Positions 42,556 through 58,464 are shown, numbered from the stretch's first letter. The stretch: DNA of 64,000 bases from the human T2T-CHM13v2.0 reference genome, Homo sapiens (GCF_009914755.1 NC_060935.1), one strand, 5' to 3'. Program-made: numbers and translations. Notes: generated by a model from the sequence alone, not told the origin.

Positions 42556-42909
42556 GGAGAGCCTCTCTCTGCTCAGGAATGGTGGGGCTGGGGTTTGGGG
42601 GCAGGGTGGCTCGGTTTGTCTAACCTGGCTTGTCTTCTAAGAAGGTGGTAAGCACTATGTCTCAGGGGAGTGAGCCTCCCCCTCACAAAAGCTTTCCATC
42701 TACATTCATGGGCATGTCAGTGGTGTGACATGCCATCTGAGTGACTCCACTTTGCTGGTCATTTTATGCCCAGCAGTGCTTATACAGTCCAGCAGTTCAC
42801 ACTGGAAAATACGGAAATCACAGGACTGCTCCATCTGTAAGCATTATGTTCACAGGTTAGTGTCACAAGATGAAGGGGCAGGAGAAGATGCTAGGGGCCA
42901 GTCCCTAGT
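42556..42909 (+). repeat. ~355-bp dispersed direct repeat, copy 2
   Basis: Aligns with 38685-39041. Confidence 0.95.
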
Positions 42910-43102
42910 ATGGCACGACAGAGCCCCTGCCCTTACCAGCATGTGGATCAGCCAGAAAGATGGTGGGGGGCTGGAGTTCCTCACCCTGGCTCTCCAGAGC
43001 CTCTTGTGTGCCTGTCTTCCAGCTTGATGGTGACATCCCATTAGTGGCTTGAAACTGACCATGGTGACAGTAGTTATTTTATTTTATTTATTTATTTTTT
43101 GA

Positions 43103-43445
<343 letters not shown>

Positions 43446-44906
43446 TTAGTGGGAAATTGGCCCACACTACAGATCAGGGCTTTGTTTACCAGTACAGCAC
43501 TAGCTGTGAACAAGTGCGGTGTGATGACGAAAGTGCTCACCAGGTATAGGGTGGCACAGCAGGGGCTGGGACTGACTTTATTGCGTGGAGCTAAGGAGGC
43601 GGGGCTTACACAGTATTGAAGGATGAGCTGTGAAGACAGAGTGGTAAAGGGAGGCCCAGACAAGTGTGGGATGGCAAGACGTATCCTGTGGTTCTGTGAA
43701 AGGAAACTGTGGATGTGAAGGCACTTGGCAACTTAATACAAGGTGTCAAGCGAAAAGGTGTAGAGTAAGCAAATCCAACATAGGATGTATAAAGTGAACT
43801 AATTAGGGCTGGGGAAGGGTATCCATGTCATAACACATTAACCTTTGCTCTTTAGCTGATAGGATCCCTAGGGATTTCAAATGTGGCTCAACAAGGCCTT
43901 TGCCCAACTCTTTGGTAAAGGGGAACCCAGGCTTTGGAGAGGGACTTGGCGTAAGGAAGCAAATAGGCTAGAACACTCTGGGGCTGCCAGCTAACCGGGA
44001 AATGTTGACAAAGGCTGTGAAATGCCCTGTGTTTTGGTGGTGGGGCGGTGGGAGTGGCAGGGAAGTTGGCAGGAAACGGGACTAGGAAAACAAGTGGGGA
44101 GGGGTCAGATAGAGCAGGCTGAGCGTGCACTTCTTCATGCGCCTCAGAGCCAGACAGCCCCGCCTCAAAGCTTGTTTTGCTGTCCCTTGTGTCGGGTGGG
44201 GTCCTGGGTGCCATGGGTTGCTTGGTGAGCCCCCGTTGGTCCCTGTGCCCCAGACTGGGGCGAGTGTGTCACTGGACTGTTTCCACAGCTCGGTTGGTGC
44301 CACACTGTCCCGAAGGTTCTGAAGGAGACTGAGGTCACCAGGCTGTCTGGGCAGACAGAGCTGCCAGACTCTCGTCCCTCCCTTTGATGGGCCTGTTATC
44401 AGGGTTGTTTTGCTCCTGGAGCTGATCACAGGCCACGTTTCCCAGCCAGCCACCCCCATCAGCCCAGAGCCCCCTGGGACACAGGCAGACGTAGGCAGTC
44501 AGTTTGGAGAGACTGCAATTCAGGAAAGGGATAGGCTGAAATTTCTTGGGCCAAGAAATTGGCCCAGGACTGACCTTGGCTAAGCCCCCACTGATGACAG
44601 ACGGATTTTTTTTAAAGATTATTTTCTTTAGACATTCTTGCTCTGTCGCCCAGGCTGGAGTGAAGTGGTGTGATCTTGACTCACTGCAATCTCTGCTTCC
44701 TAGGTTCAAGCAATTCTTGTACCTCAGCCTCCCGAGTAGCTGGGATTACAGGCACGCACCCCTATGCCTGGCTTATTTTTGTATTTTTAGTAGAGACAGG
44801 GTTTCACTATGTTCATCAGGCTGGTCTCGAACTCCTGACCTAAAGTGATCCGCCTACCCTGGCCTCCCAAAATGCTGGGATTACAGGTCTGAGCGACTAC
44901 ACCTAG

Positions 44907-45086
<180 letters not shown>

Positions 45087-46489
45087 TAATTTTTGTATTT
45101 TTAGTAGAGACGGGGTTTCACCATGTTTGCTAGGATGGTCTTGATCTCTTGACCTCGTGATCCGCGCACCTCGGCCTCCCAAAGTCAGACTGTTTTAAGA
45201 GTAATTTGTAAAAGGAAGCTGGAAGTTTGGGGTGAATGGGTGGTTACACAAATGCTGTGTGATTTAGGGTGCAGTTTACAAAAGAGTGGCTGCGTCCTAG
45301 GCTGCAAATTCTGAGGTGTGGGCAAGTGGGGACCTTGGCCACCCCTGCACAGGGAGATCTGGCCCAAAGGCAGACCAGGGTCATGAGGCTAGGCCCTTCT
45401 TAAGAGGGTGGAGGGCTTTTGGAGGTGCTGAGGGCATGAGGTCAGAGTGGTGCCTGCTGCTGGCCTTCAAGCATGCAGGGTCCCTGTTTGGTGGTGGGCC
45501 TCATGAAGGAGTCACACCAAGGTGGGTGCTTAGGGTTCCCTCAAGCACCCATTCTGTCCCTCTGCATGCAGGGGACCACACCTAGGGCAGGAACTGAGAG
45601 CTGACGAGTGTTGTGTTCCCGGCGTTGCTCCTTCAGCTGGGATGGAGCCCTTGGCGGGATAAAAGGCTAAACTGGGTCCAGGTGAGATCACCACAAGGTC
45701 TCACCCAGGGCAATGAAGGGCTCACAAGCAGCACATCCCTGCTCACAGTTCGCACTCAGACTCACCCGTCTGTCGATGGTGCTGCCATCACTGCTGAACG
45801 TTTGTTCTCCGTCTTTCTCATGCTTTTGCCAAGCAGAAGGCTGAGTTCACCTAACCTGGACGCAGGCAACGAGATGCACTGCGTGCCCCCCTTCCCCTTG
45901 TGCAGCTGTGGTGTGAACGCATACCCTCCCTTGCTTGCCCTTCCTGCCTGGTTGCCAGCTCTGCTCTTGCTGTTCCCTGTGCCCACGGCACTCTCTTGCT
46001 TATTCTGTCAAGCCTGACCTACCCTCAGAGGCCCACCTTGGCCATCCACAAGGCTCCTTCTGAGAACTGAGCCCTTTCCCTGAGTTCCCAAAGCACGTTG
46101 TGTGAAGCTCTAAACTTTCTCCAGGCTGAACTTAGCTTACTCGTGGCTGTTCACATCCTCAGGGCCCACGCAGCAAATGCTCTGTAAGGGCTTGTTAAAC
46201 TCCACTCTCCTGGGACTCCTAGTCCCCCACCAGAGTCCACCATGACTACCTCCTGCAAGAGCACTGAGCTCTTGGGTGCCAGGCCCAGCTCAGGATTTTC
46301 ACAGACACCAACTCGTTTAAGTTGCATAACCCCGGGAGGAAGGGGTTGTTACCTGATGAGCAAACAAATCAGAGAAGTTCAATGACTTGTCCAAGGTTAC
46401 AGAGGCTTGGAGCTCTGGATTCAAACCCAAGTCACTGTGACTCAAGACCAGTGTTTTTCCCCGTTACAAGCAGACACAAAAGAATAACA

Positions 46490-46665
46490 ATCCTTTATCA
46501 TTTATACTGTATTCTCACGTTACATTATTTCATTTGATCCTCACAACAGCCCTGTGAGGTAGGTAGGGTTATGTATTACTGTTATGCCTATTTCACAGAT
46601 GAAGAAATGGAGGTGGCTCAGTGAGGTGAGTGACTTGCATAAAGTCACACAGCATGTTAGTGGCT
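46490..46665 (-). mobile_element. MIR at the predicted KCTD21 3' end
   Basis: TTTGATCCTCACAACAGCCCTGTGAGGTAGG...TTTCACAGATGAAGAAA...AGTGACTTG...GTCACACAGC is the MIR core. Confidence 0.75.
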
Positions 46666-49013
46666 TCACTGCTTCTGCAACTTCTCTAAAGTCAAGCTGC
46701 TTGGATTAGGGAGCACCGAAAAGATGGACAGTTTTATGGAAAAGGAGAAAGGGCAGTGGTGATTTGTAAGATTTCTTCCTCAAATTGTTTTGTTATGACC
46801 ACAGCTTCTGCTACTTGGTCTAAACTAGGTTCTCCATGAGGGGCTCTCCCAAGTACCCTTGGCCTGGGACAGCTGTCTTTTTTTGGGATGGAGTCTCTCT
46901 GCAATGGCACACTCTCAGCTCACTGCAACCTCTGCTATCTGGGTTCAAGCGATTCTACTGCCTCAGCCTCCCAAATAGCTGGGGTTATAGGCGCCTGTCA
47001 CCACACCCAGCTAATTTTTGTATTTTTAGCAGAGACGACGTTTCACCATGTTGGCCAGGCTGGTCTTGAACTCCTGACCTCAAGTGATCTTCCCGCCTAG
47101 GCCTCCCAGAGTGTTGGGATTACAGGCATGAGCCACTGTGCCTGGCAGAAAAGCTGTCAGAGAGACTCCTGGGTCCCACCGTAGGGGGAAAAGGGCCTTT
47201 ACTGCTCAAGGGAACTGGCGCTGCCCATGGCCCAGTGTACAAGCTCCCTACTCACAGGGCCTATCTATGGGAAGCCCCTTTCTGGGCCCACCTCCCATGG
47301 GTGCCTGTGTCACCAGGCTTCTTTGGCTTTGAGGACCCCTGCCCAGTGGGGGAGGACCCTGGGGACTCTCAAGGCCAAACTCACTTTAGGGATGAATCAT
47401 GACGTGCAGTTTGGAGGCCTGCATGGCTCATCACCCGGTGGGAAGCAGTGCTTGGGTTGCTTGCCCTGGATGGCACCCTACAGAGACCCAGGGGTGGGAC
47501 ACAGGACTGCAGGGGAAGGCCGCCTTCCTGAGGGCAGGGTCTTAGGGGCCGCACATTTACTCTAAGGGCACTGTTACGGTTCATACCACTCCTGGGCTCC
47601 TTGCTGCACAGCACCCTTGGAGACCGTCTCTTTCCTCTGGATCTCCTCAGGGGCCGTGAATCTTCCTCTTCCAGCAGAAAATGGTCGAAAGGTATATGGA
47701 GCCACAGATGGTGGGGAAGGTGGGTGAAGTGGGGGTCACAAACGAGGTGAAGCTACAACAAAAGGGGACTGACTTACAGGGGATAGAAAAGAGCTAACTT
47801 TGATTCTGAAGACAGATCCCAGAGGGGAATCTGAATTCTGAGTAATGATGTTTTCAGAAAAATGTCTGGTCTCTCAAGGTGACTATTTTGAAAGCAAAGA
47901 TATATAACTGGGTGAATGGGAAGGTCTGCAACCAAGATCCAGCAAGTGGCAGGACAGATTTTGGCTCAATATAGGGAAGAACTGTCTAACAGTCAGCACT
48001 GTCCAACCACAGCAGGAGCTGCCTTGGGGATGGCGCGCTTCCTATCAGCCCAGGTATGCAAGCAGGCCAAGGTGATCACTTGCAGGTACCCAGGGAGAGG
48101 CGCTCATCTTCAGATGTGCTGGGGTGTTCTAGGGGTGGGGGAGGACTAAGCAATCATCGAATTATTTCCAACCCTGAGAATCCGTAATAGATTTGTTTAA
48201 AATGACCTGTTTCAATGATACCTCAAATTTTTGGGAAAACAATGACAAAAGTCAGGTAACAGGCTGGATTTGGAAGTGATTTCATTACACTGGCTACAGA
48301 TACTTGCACATTTTTGCAAAGATAGCAGACCCTTTCTAAAGCCAGGAATCCCTTGATTCAGCCCTATCAAGAGGGACATTCCTACCTTCTGAACTCTGCC
48401 TGGACACTCATTCCTCTAGACCCTGCCACACCTCATCTCTGACCCCCAAGAGGGGACACTAACAGAGCTCTGAGAATGCACAGCATTCCAAGCCAGCCAA
48501 ACATGGTCACCCCTGGGCAAACATCCACGATCATGGATGCACCCTGGGGAGGGAGGAGCAGGTGTGACAGGAACCGCTGGGGACTTTATGTCCTGGTTAA
48601 CTGGAGGTAGCCTCTTGTTCTCATCCCATCCTCTCCACCAGGGCCTTCTTACAGATGGATAAATGCGGCACTGGCTAGCGGTACAGAGAGATGGAGCCCA
48701 GGAGAAAACTGCTGCTCTTTTGTCCTGGCTGGAAAATCCTCCTATGGCCTCCTTTAGTACACATCAGCTGACTCTTCACTTGTCATAATAAACCGCCTGT
48801 CTGCAGCTCAAAATGGCAAGAAAAAAGGTGGTTCTGTTCAGAGGACACTGGATTCCAAAAGGTGGACTTCATCATGGGGGGAATCAAGTCCTGCTACACA
48901 ATTAATACAGATTAGTATAGTCCCCTGCCTCGCACCACTGGCGAGATGCCCTCCAAGACCTGGCTGACATGAGCTTCTTGGGACTCCCCATCTCCAGTGT
49001 TGTTGGGGTCCTT
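46490..49013 (-). other. KCTD21: KCTD21 3'UTR (predicted end ~46490)
   Basis: Downstream of the TAA I saw no canonical AATAAA on the minus strand. Variant signals AATACA/TATAAA (46513-46501) are followed by a GU/U-rich element. Confidence 0.6.
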
Positions 49014-49796
49014 TTACCTGTACCGTATTAATCGAATAATCTTATTGTTCATAAAATCCAGAGCATGTGGGTGAGAAGAATCGATGCAGAAGCCATCGCT
49101 CAGAGCGATTTTCAGTACCTCTTCCACGAAGACCTGGAAGCTGTTGATCTGCTTGTTGGCGGGCACCACCCAGAGCCTCTTGAGGTTCTGCTTGGTGTAC
49201 TCCTCCTCTGGCAGGCCCTCCACATTGGCCACCCAGTCCAGAGTCAGGTGGTTGGGGTCCTGCAAGTGGCTGGTGATGGAGGAGAGATTGCCATTGGAGC
49301 AGTAGAAGAGCTTAGAGCCAAGGAGCTTGAGGAAGAGGCAGGAGGTGCTGAAGATGTTGGCGTTGAAGACCTCCATGCTGGAAGAGGAGAGGCTGTAGAT
49401 CTGGGGTGCCTCGCGCACAGTGAAGTGGACCGTCTGCACACGCTGGTTCAGTGTGATGTTGAGCATGGCATTCTTCTCGGCCTTGGAGAGCTCCACTTCC
49501 TTCTCCTGCAGGGCCTCAATCAGGGGCTGCACCTGGTAGAAGTCGGCCTCCCTGCGGAGCAGCCCCATCTCCTGGAAGTCCTCAGGCAGGTCAAGGTGGG
49601 AGGTCCGCAGGAAGTTGAGGATATAGCGGAACACTTTGCCGTCACGGTCAATGAAGCAGTTGCCCTGGCTGTCCCTCTTGGTGGGCATCTTCCCGCTGAA
49701 CATGGCGCCTAGCATGGAGTCAGGGAAGCTGGTCAGGGTCGCCAGTGAGGTTGTATAGAGCTTCCCCCCGACGTTCAGCGTGATGGGGTCGGACAT
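49014..49796 (-). CDS. KCTD21: BTB/POZ domain protein KCTD21 (KCASH2), 260 aa, single coding exon
   Basis: ATG 49796 (CCTGCCATGT) to TAA 49014 is 783 nt. MSDPITLNVGGKLYTTSLATLT...FIDRDGKVFRYILNFLR is a T1-type BTB domain. Acceptor ctctccag| at 49827/49826 lies 29 nt upstream of the ATG. Confidence 0.97.
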   Translation of the reverse strand: MSDPITLNVGGKLYTTSLATLTSFPDSMLGAMFSGKMPTKRDSQGNCFIDRDGKVFRYILNFLRTSHLDLPEDFQEMGLLRREADFYQVQPLIEALQEKEVELSKAEKNAMLNITLNQRVQTVHFTVREAPQIYSLSSSSMEVFNANIFSTSCLFLKLLGSKLFYCSNGNLSSITSHLQDPNHLTLDWVANVEGLPEEEYTKQNLKRLWVVPANKQINSFQVFVEEVLKIALSDGFCIDSSHPHALDFMNNKIIRLIRYR

Positions 49797-50962
49797 GGCA
49801 GGAGACTGGGTTGCTGGAAGTAGTCCTGGAGAGGGTGAGAAGTGAGAAATGACTATAACCAAACCTTATCAGAGAACTCACAGTCCTTAACTCCTTATTG
49901 TACATCAAGCCTATGCCCTTGGGATCGAAATGAATTAATACCTGATGAATGGGTGATAATTGCTAACACTGTGCAAAGTACATTAGCTTCACTAGGGAGA
50001 GGGAAAGGAGAAAGGGAAAAGGAAAGGAAAAAGGAAACAGGGAAAGAAAGGGAAGGACCCCTAAAGCCTGGGTCCCCCGCGCCCCCCTCTGCTGCCGACA
50101 TTCTATTTTAATTGGTCTGGAATACTGCCCCAGCCCTGGTATTTTGAAAGAGTTCCCTTAGTGATTCTAAATGTTCAGTTAGAATAGAGAACCACTGGTC
50201 TAAAGAAAGAAAGGAAAACGTGCCTGGACTGAAAGCTATGCTACGTGTTTATACATATATTTGCTTACATAATAGTTGTATCAGCCAGGTGCGGTGGCTC
50301 ACACCTGTAATCCCAGCACTTAGGGAGGCCGAGGCGGGCAGATCACCTGAGATCAGGAGTTCAAGATCAGACTGGCCAACATGGTGAAACCCCATCTCTA
50401 CTAAAAATACAAAAATTAGCTGGGCATGGTGGTGGGTGCCTGTAATCCCAGCTGTTCAGGAGGCTGGGGCAGGAGAATCATTTGAACTCAGGAGGTGGAG
50501 GTTGCAGTGAGCCGGGACTGAACAACTGCACTCCAGCCTGGACAACAAGAGTGAAACTCTGTCTCAAAAAAAAAAAAAAAAAAAAGGTTGTATCATCTTT
50601 TGACACAGACAATATAATCATCCATTCCTGTTGTGCAGATGAGGAAAACTGTGCCAGGATTCATTCCTCAAGCTCAGAAAGGTGAAGTGCCTTGCCAGGA
50701 TTCAAACTCAGGTCCTTTTATATGAAAGAAAAATGTGTAAATGCTTACTAGCCAAAGATCGGTTCTAAGTACTCAACAAATGGTTTGAGATTTATGACTC
50801 CAGGCTCAGTGCTCCTCCTTCTGTACCAGTGACACTGCTGAATTTAATTATTATTCTCTCTCAAAGATTTGACAATGAATGGCCATGATTAGTGTCATTT
50901 CCATCTATCTTCAAGGCCCACAGTGGGTCACTCAGCTGTCCGGACTGCAAATGACAATCCTG

Positions 50963-51450
50963 TTTTTTTTAATTTTTTTTTAATTTTATTATTATTAAAG
51001 TTTTAGGGTACATGTGCACAATGTGCAGGTTAGTTACATATGTATACATGCGCCATGCTGGTGTGCTGCACCCATTAACTCGTCATTTAGCATTAGGTAT
51101 ATCTCCTAATGCTATCCCTCTCCCCTCCCCCTACCCCACAACAGTCCCCAGAGTGTGATGTTCCCCTTCCTGTGTCCATGTGTTCTCATTGTTCAATTCC
51201 CACCTATGAGTGAGAACATGCGGTGTTTGGTTTTTTGTCCTTGCAGTAGTCTTTACTGAGAATGATTATTTCCAATTTCATCCATGTCCCTACAAAGGAC
51301 ATGAACTCATCATTTTTTATGGCTGCATAGTATTCCATGGTGTATATGTGCCACATTTTCTTAATCCAGTCTATCATTGTTGGACATTTGGGTTGGTTCC
51401 AAGTCTTTGCTACTGTGAATAGTGCCGCAATAAACATACGTGTGCATGTG
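50963..51450 (-). mobile_element. 5'-truncated young L1 (L1PA2/3-like) 3' end
   Basis: L1 3'UTR and ORF2 C-terminus (CTRMFIAALFTVAKTWNQPKCP...); A-tail; TSD AATGACAATCCT at 50950-50961 and 51451-51462. Confidence 0.93.
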
Positions 51451-52034
51451 AATGACAATCCTTTCTAGACTTTCACTGCTCCCATGCTGACTTGCCTTGC
51501 CATGAAGATGCTCTTGGCTCCTGGTGGCCTGTCCTTTGCTGTCATAACACCCCAAGCTTCTCTGAAACTGGCTGCAAGGTCAGTGCAAATGCAGGACTCT
51601 GTCAGAGCACTCTCCTGAAGGCACCCTATCCACTCCTTAACAAAGCCCCCCTAATCTCTCAGCTGTCAGCATCTATGGCTGGCAAGTCTCCTTCACCACA
51701 TGTTCTAGAAAACAGGAGATCTCAGCTCCAGCTTCCAACACTATACTTTCCCCAGAGCCAACCTGTGGACCAGATTCAGCAATCCTTCCCTGACATGGCA
51801 GGTAGGGATGCCAAGAGGAACTGGCCCCAGTATTACCCCCAGAAGAGCCTGTGCTGGTAGAGGAGATGAGAGAGTAAAGGCACAGTGACAAGACAGGTAG
51901 AAGATGTGGGAGATGGTCTGGAATGAACCTTGGCACATCAAAAACTATCTGGCTGGCAGACACAGTGGCTCATGCCTGTAATTCCAGCACTTTGGGAGGC
52001 CGAGGTGGGCAGATCGTTTGAGCTCAGGAGTTCA

Positions 52035-52347
<313 letters not shown>

Positions 52348-53330
52348 TCACCCAGCAGGGGTGGCGAGAACTTCTCAACATTTCTGCCTCCTGAAGAGGC
52401 TGACTGCACTGAGGCCTCCTTTCTCCAGAGGATGGGGGCCATGCCAGTGTGAGAGATATTCAGCTGCCATGCTCGACTCTGTGGCAGGGGCAGGGGTATG
52501 TCCCCTCATGATTCCTCCCCAGTCTAATGGGGCACTTTGATATTGCAGAAAGGCATTCCCCATCTGGAGTGTCTGAGGAGAAATGAGTCCATGTGAAATA
52601 CGAAATCGTCAGTAGAAGCCTGGAGCAGATGGGCTGCGAGACGGTGGGGAGGTCCCACAGAGGTGTGGGCGAGCTGCCGCTGGGGGCATGGCTGCTGGTG
52701 TGGAGATGGCTGTGAGGCAGCAACTGGGGAGGGTGCTGTGACTCAGGGCTGAATCTGGCCAATTCTCTCTCCAGAGGGCCCAGGCAGGAGGTGGACCCAG
52801 GAGTGGGTCCCCTTTACTCAGTCCAGAATCTTCTTCCCTGTTGCCCTCTTTGTAGGACTCTAGTCTACTCCAACTGTTTTCTTCTGGATAGAAATGTGCA
52901 TGTTCTAGTTTCAGTCTCTCTTTCTTCTTGAAAACAAACACTCCCTCCCAACATTGGGTTTCAGGCCTAGGATCTATAAAGTGGCTTACCTTCACGGCAG
53001 GAAAAGAAGCGGGTGTCAGAGAGGACTTGGACAGTTCCATGGGTCACAGACCCTTATCTCTTCCATGCATTACTGCTGAAGTGCTCAGAGCATTACAGGC
53101 GGGGGAGGTCAGGAGCCACAGGGCATTCCCTGGGACCCCTGGGTAGGTGCCCAAACTCTTATTTCTCTGCTTGCAAAAGCAGCAGAGCACCTGCTTTCCT
53201 GCGCCCCCGATGACGTCATGGCTCCCGGTCATTTGTCTGGGGAGAGCAGCACAGTTGCACAGGCAGTCAGGGCAGAGGCTGGCTAGCAGGCAGGTCTCCT
53301 GCTCCGAGTCTAGGGTGCTCTCTGTGGTGA

Positions 53331-53660
<330 letters not shown>

Positions 53661-53889
53661 TGAGCCACCGTGCCTGGTCTAAGCCCCTATTTTCTAGCCA
53701 CAGGGCCACAGTGTCCATCATCACAAATCCACGGCCCTGCTACAAAAGGCAAAATGACATGACACGAGGGGAGTTTCATGAGTCGGCGGAGGTTTGCAGT
53801 CAGGTAGTAATGAACTAACACCACTGAGCCTCAGTCCCCTATGTGTTCCCAGATGCCTCCTGGCCACCTCCACTTGGATATTCTGCAAG

Positions 53890-54640
53890 TGAGGCAGGAG
53901 AACAGGGTTTGGAGACAAGGAACTTAAGGCCAATTTGTGCTAACTTCATAAAAGAGAAAACACCAAGGTCTGGGGCAAAAAATCTGAGGCCAATTCTGTT
54001 GACTTCCCAAAGCTGGATCAGAAGGAAAATCCTGGGTCTGGGGGCAGGGACCCTAAGACCAATTAACACCAAATTCCTAAAGCTGAACCAAGAGGAAAAA
54101 CGCCATCGCCCCAGCTGGGTGACAAAGGATCAAACGCTCCTCTTTGCAACCCTCCCACTCCACCATGTCTCAGGTGGAAAGGGAGGGGGGCCTTGGATTG
54201 GGACCATCCCTTTATCTGCATAGGGTGCCCATTCACCTCAGCCTTTAATTAGCCACAGACTAAATCCTTCGTCCAGATAAGGAGTAGCTGATAAGAACCT
54301 CAAATGGGGTACCTAAAGCCCAGAGAACTTTGTAACTGGGCCTTTGAGTTCCTTGCTCCGGCCCACTCCCACCCTGAGGAGTGCTTTCTCACTTTAATTC
54401 CTGCTTTCACTGCTTCATTCCTGCATTTCATTCCCCTGCTACTCTTTTTATTTTTACTTTTTTTTTTTTTAGTAGAGACGGGTTTCACCACGTTGGCCAG
54501 GCCGGTCTCGGACTGACCTCAAGTGATCTGCCCATCCAGGCCTCCCAAAGTGTGGGGATTACCACGTCTGCCCCTCTGCTACTTTGTTCAAAACGCCAAG
54601 GACCTGGAAAATTCCTAGTCAAGACCCTCCACCAGTAACA
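53890..54640 (+). mobile_element. ERV1-class solo LTR (LTR9/LTR25-like) with internal repeats and an Alu left-monomer insert
   Basis: TGAGGCAGGAGAACAGGG...CCAGTAACA, TSD CAAG/CAGG; three internal GGGTCTGG..AAGGCCAATT units. Confidence 0.75.
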
Positions 54641-55239
54641 CAGGTACCAGAAGCCTCACCTGTGCCTTCCTCTGCCCCTAACTCTGCTGTGAACTCTTCT
54701 GAGCCACCCAACTGCCTGAGGGAAGCAGCCCCGACTCTTCAGCCCTACAGTTTGTCTTGACTATCTCCTTGAACCCATCCCTATAGCTACTCCCAGAGCT
54801 CAGGCCTCATCCCTGCCCCCTGCACCCCTACATCCTCACTCGGCTCCCTGCCTTCTGTCCACCTTCCTTTCTGGTCTGCAGACTGACCTTCCTGAAGTAC
54901 CGTCCCTGCCCAACCACCTTCCTCTTTCCCTCTCGTGTCTAACCCTGCCCTCCACGCACGCCAGACGCCACTGAGTCAGTCTCCTTCATGCTGACACCTG
55001 CCCTGCCTTTGCTGTCCCTAGACCACCCCTGTCTACCTTCTCTACCCTCTCTGCTGTCTACCTTTCAGGCCCAGCCTATGAGTCATCACCTCTGTACTAC
55101 TGTCCCCAGATCTCCACTAGGTTAACAGCTCTCCTCTCAGGGCTTCCTGGTGCCTTGCACAACCCCCTCTGGCAGCACCCAGCATTCCACCTGCAGCGAT
55201 CTCCTTTGCACATGGCCCTCTTCCCTGGCTATCTCAAAA

Positions 55240-57090
<1,851 letters not shown>

Positions 57091-58464
57091 AGGAAAAAAA
57101 ATGAAGGTTGTGACCTATTGGCAAGTCATGACATCAATACAGTTAAGTGGGTTGTAACCAATTATATATTGTTGTGAAACTTTTGTTTCAGTTGTGTGTC
57201 TATGAACTGGATCATGGTATCTTCATACTGTGGCTGACAAAACAATTTTTTTTGGAAACCACTGCCTAGTTTGTGAGCTGAGAGCAACTGCATGTCTCAC
57301 GTCTGCATAGTCACCGCCTTGCACTCAGGGGAGGGGTTGTGTGATACTGTGATATAATAAGCAATATACATTTTAGATTTGTCCCCAGCTGTTGGCCAGG
57401 GCTAAAAACTGTGTAATTTCCCAAGTGATAATAGCTATAGGAACTTCTTCTATTTTAATAATTGGTTTTGTCCCAGTAGGTGGAGGTTGCAGTGAGCCAA
57501 GACTGTGCCACTGCACTCTGGTTTGGGTGACAGAGCCAGGCCTTATCCCAAAGCACCCCCCCCCTTCAAAATTAATTATAGTTGTTATGCTATCCTAATC
57601 CAAATCCCAATAGTATTTTTCAAAAAAGATTTAAATAATTAAAATTTTAATCTGGAAGCACTGATGACTGATAACCTGAAAGAGTATTTGAATAAGACAT
57701 CTTAGCGCAATGTATTAAACTAGATTATAAAGCAATGACATTTCCCTCTGTGGTTTTAAAACAATGAGAAGAGAAGGAATTTGGTAATAAATGTGAAGAG
57801 ACACAACTAGCAATGTTTAAAAATAAACATATTGATAAATATATTGATCCTTACAACTCTGGGACCCAGGCAGGACCGATTACATTGTCTTTGTTTCAAA
57901 GACAACCTAAAGCAGACCCAAAGAGCGTGAATCCCTTGCCCAGGGCTTCATGTGGATTCTTGACCTCAGAGTCATGGCCTCTGGGAAGTTCTGGTTTGGA
58001 CACCCTTCAGAGAACCAGTCCTTTAGACGTCTTCGGCAGGAAGCTGAACCCAGCCACAGAGGTCCTAGCCAACAGTCTGTATACTCATGGCGACCTGGAG
58101 TAGGCAAGAGCTCTTTTCTGTGCAATTTCCTTTTTTCCTACATTACTGTCCACTTCCATAATGAGCATTACTTCCATAATGAAATGACTTACCATGCAAT
58201 CCTGTCAGTGGGGACTAGCTGTTGTAACAATAAATGTACTGAGTAATGAAAATTGTCCATCTATCATCTATCTATCAATCACCTATCCATCATTTCCTAG
58301 CTCTGCTCACTCACAGAGCCTAGAAATGACACCCAGTAGCAATAAACACACCTAGCCCTGGATCTTTGTTTCTGAATGTCATCATCTCTTCTAAAAGAAA
58401 CCAGGGCTTCCTGGAGAAACTGATGATTCCTGGACTTTCACAGGAAAAGTTCAAGGTGAGTTCA

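Noticed and set aside
47660-47697. Plus-strand CAGCAG acceptor with nearby AAG|GTATAT donor
   Set aside because: It would be a 14-17-nt microexon with a weak donor, which cannot be supported without reads.
49065-49712. 215-aa ATG ORF antisense to the KCTD21 CDS
   Set aside because: It is in exact codon register with KCTD21. GC3-rich coding sequence lacking TTA/CTA/TCA codons produces such shadow ORFs, and there is no recognisable domain.
49797-49862. 22-aa N-terminal extension in the 282-aa ORF call
   Set aside because: It starts at a non-ATG codon inside the intron and crosses the splice acceptor at 49826.
51204-51458. 84-aa ORF resembling L1 ORF2
   Set aside because: It is the C-terminal remnant of a truncated L1 and is frameshifted.
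53890-54110. Three spaced ~30-bp repeats resembling a CRISPR-like array
   Set aside because: They are degenerate internal repeats of an ERV LTR in a mammalian genome, and there are no cas genes.
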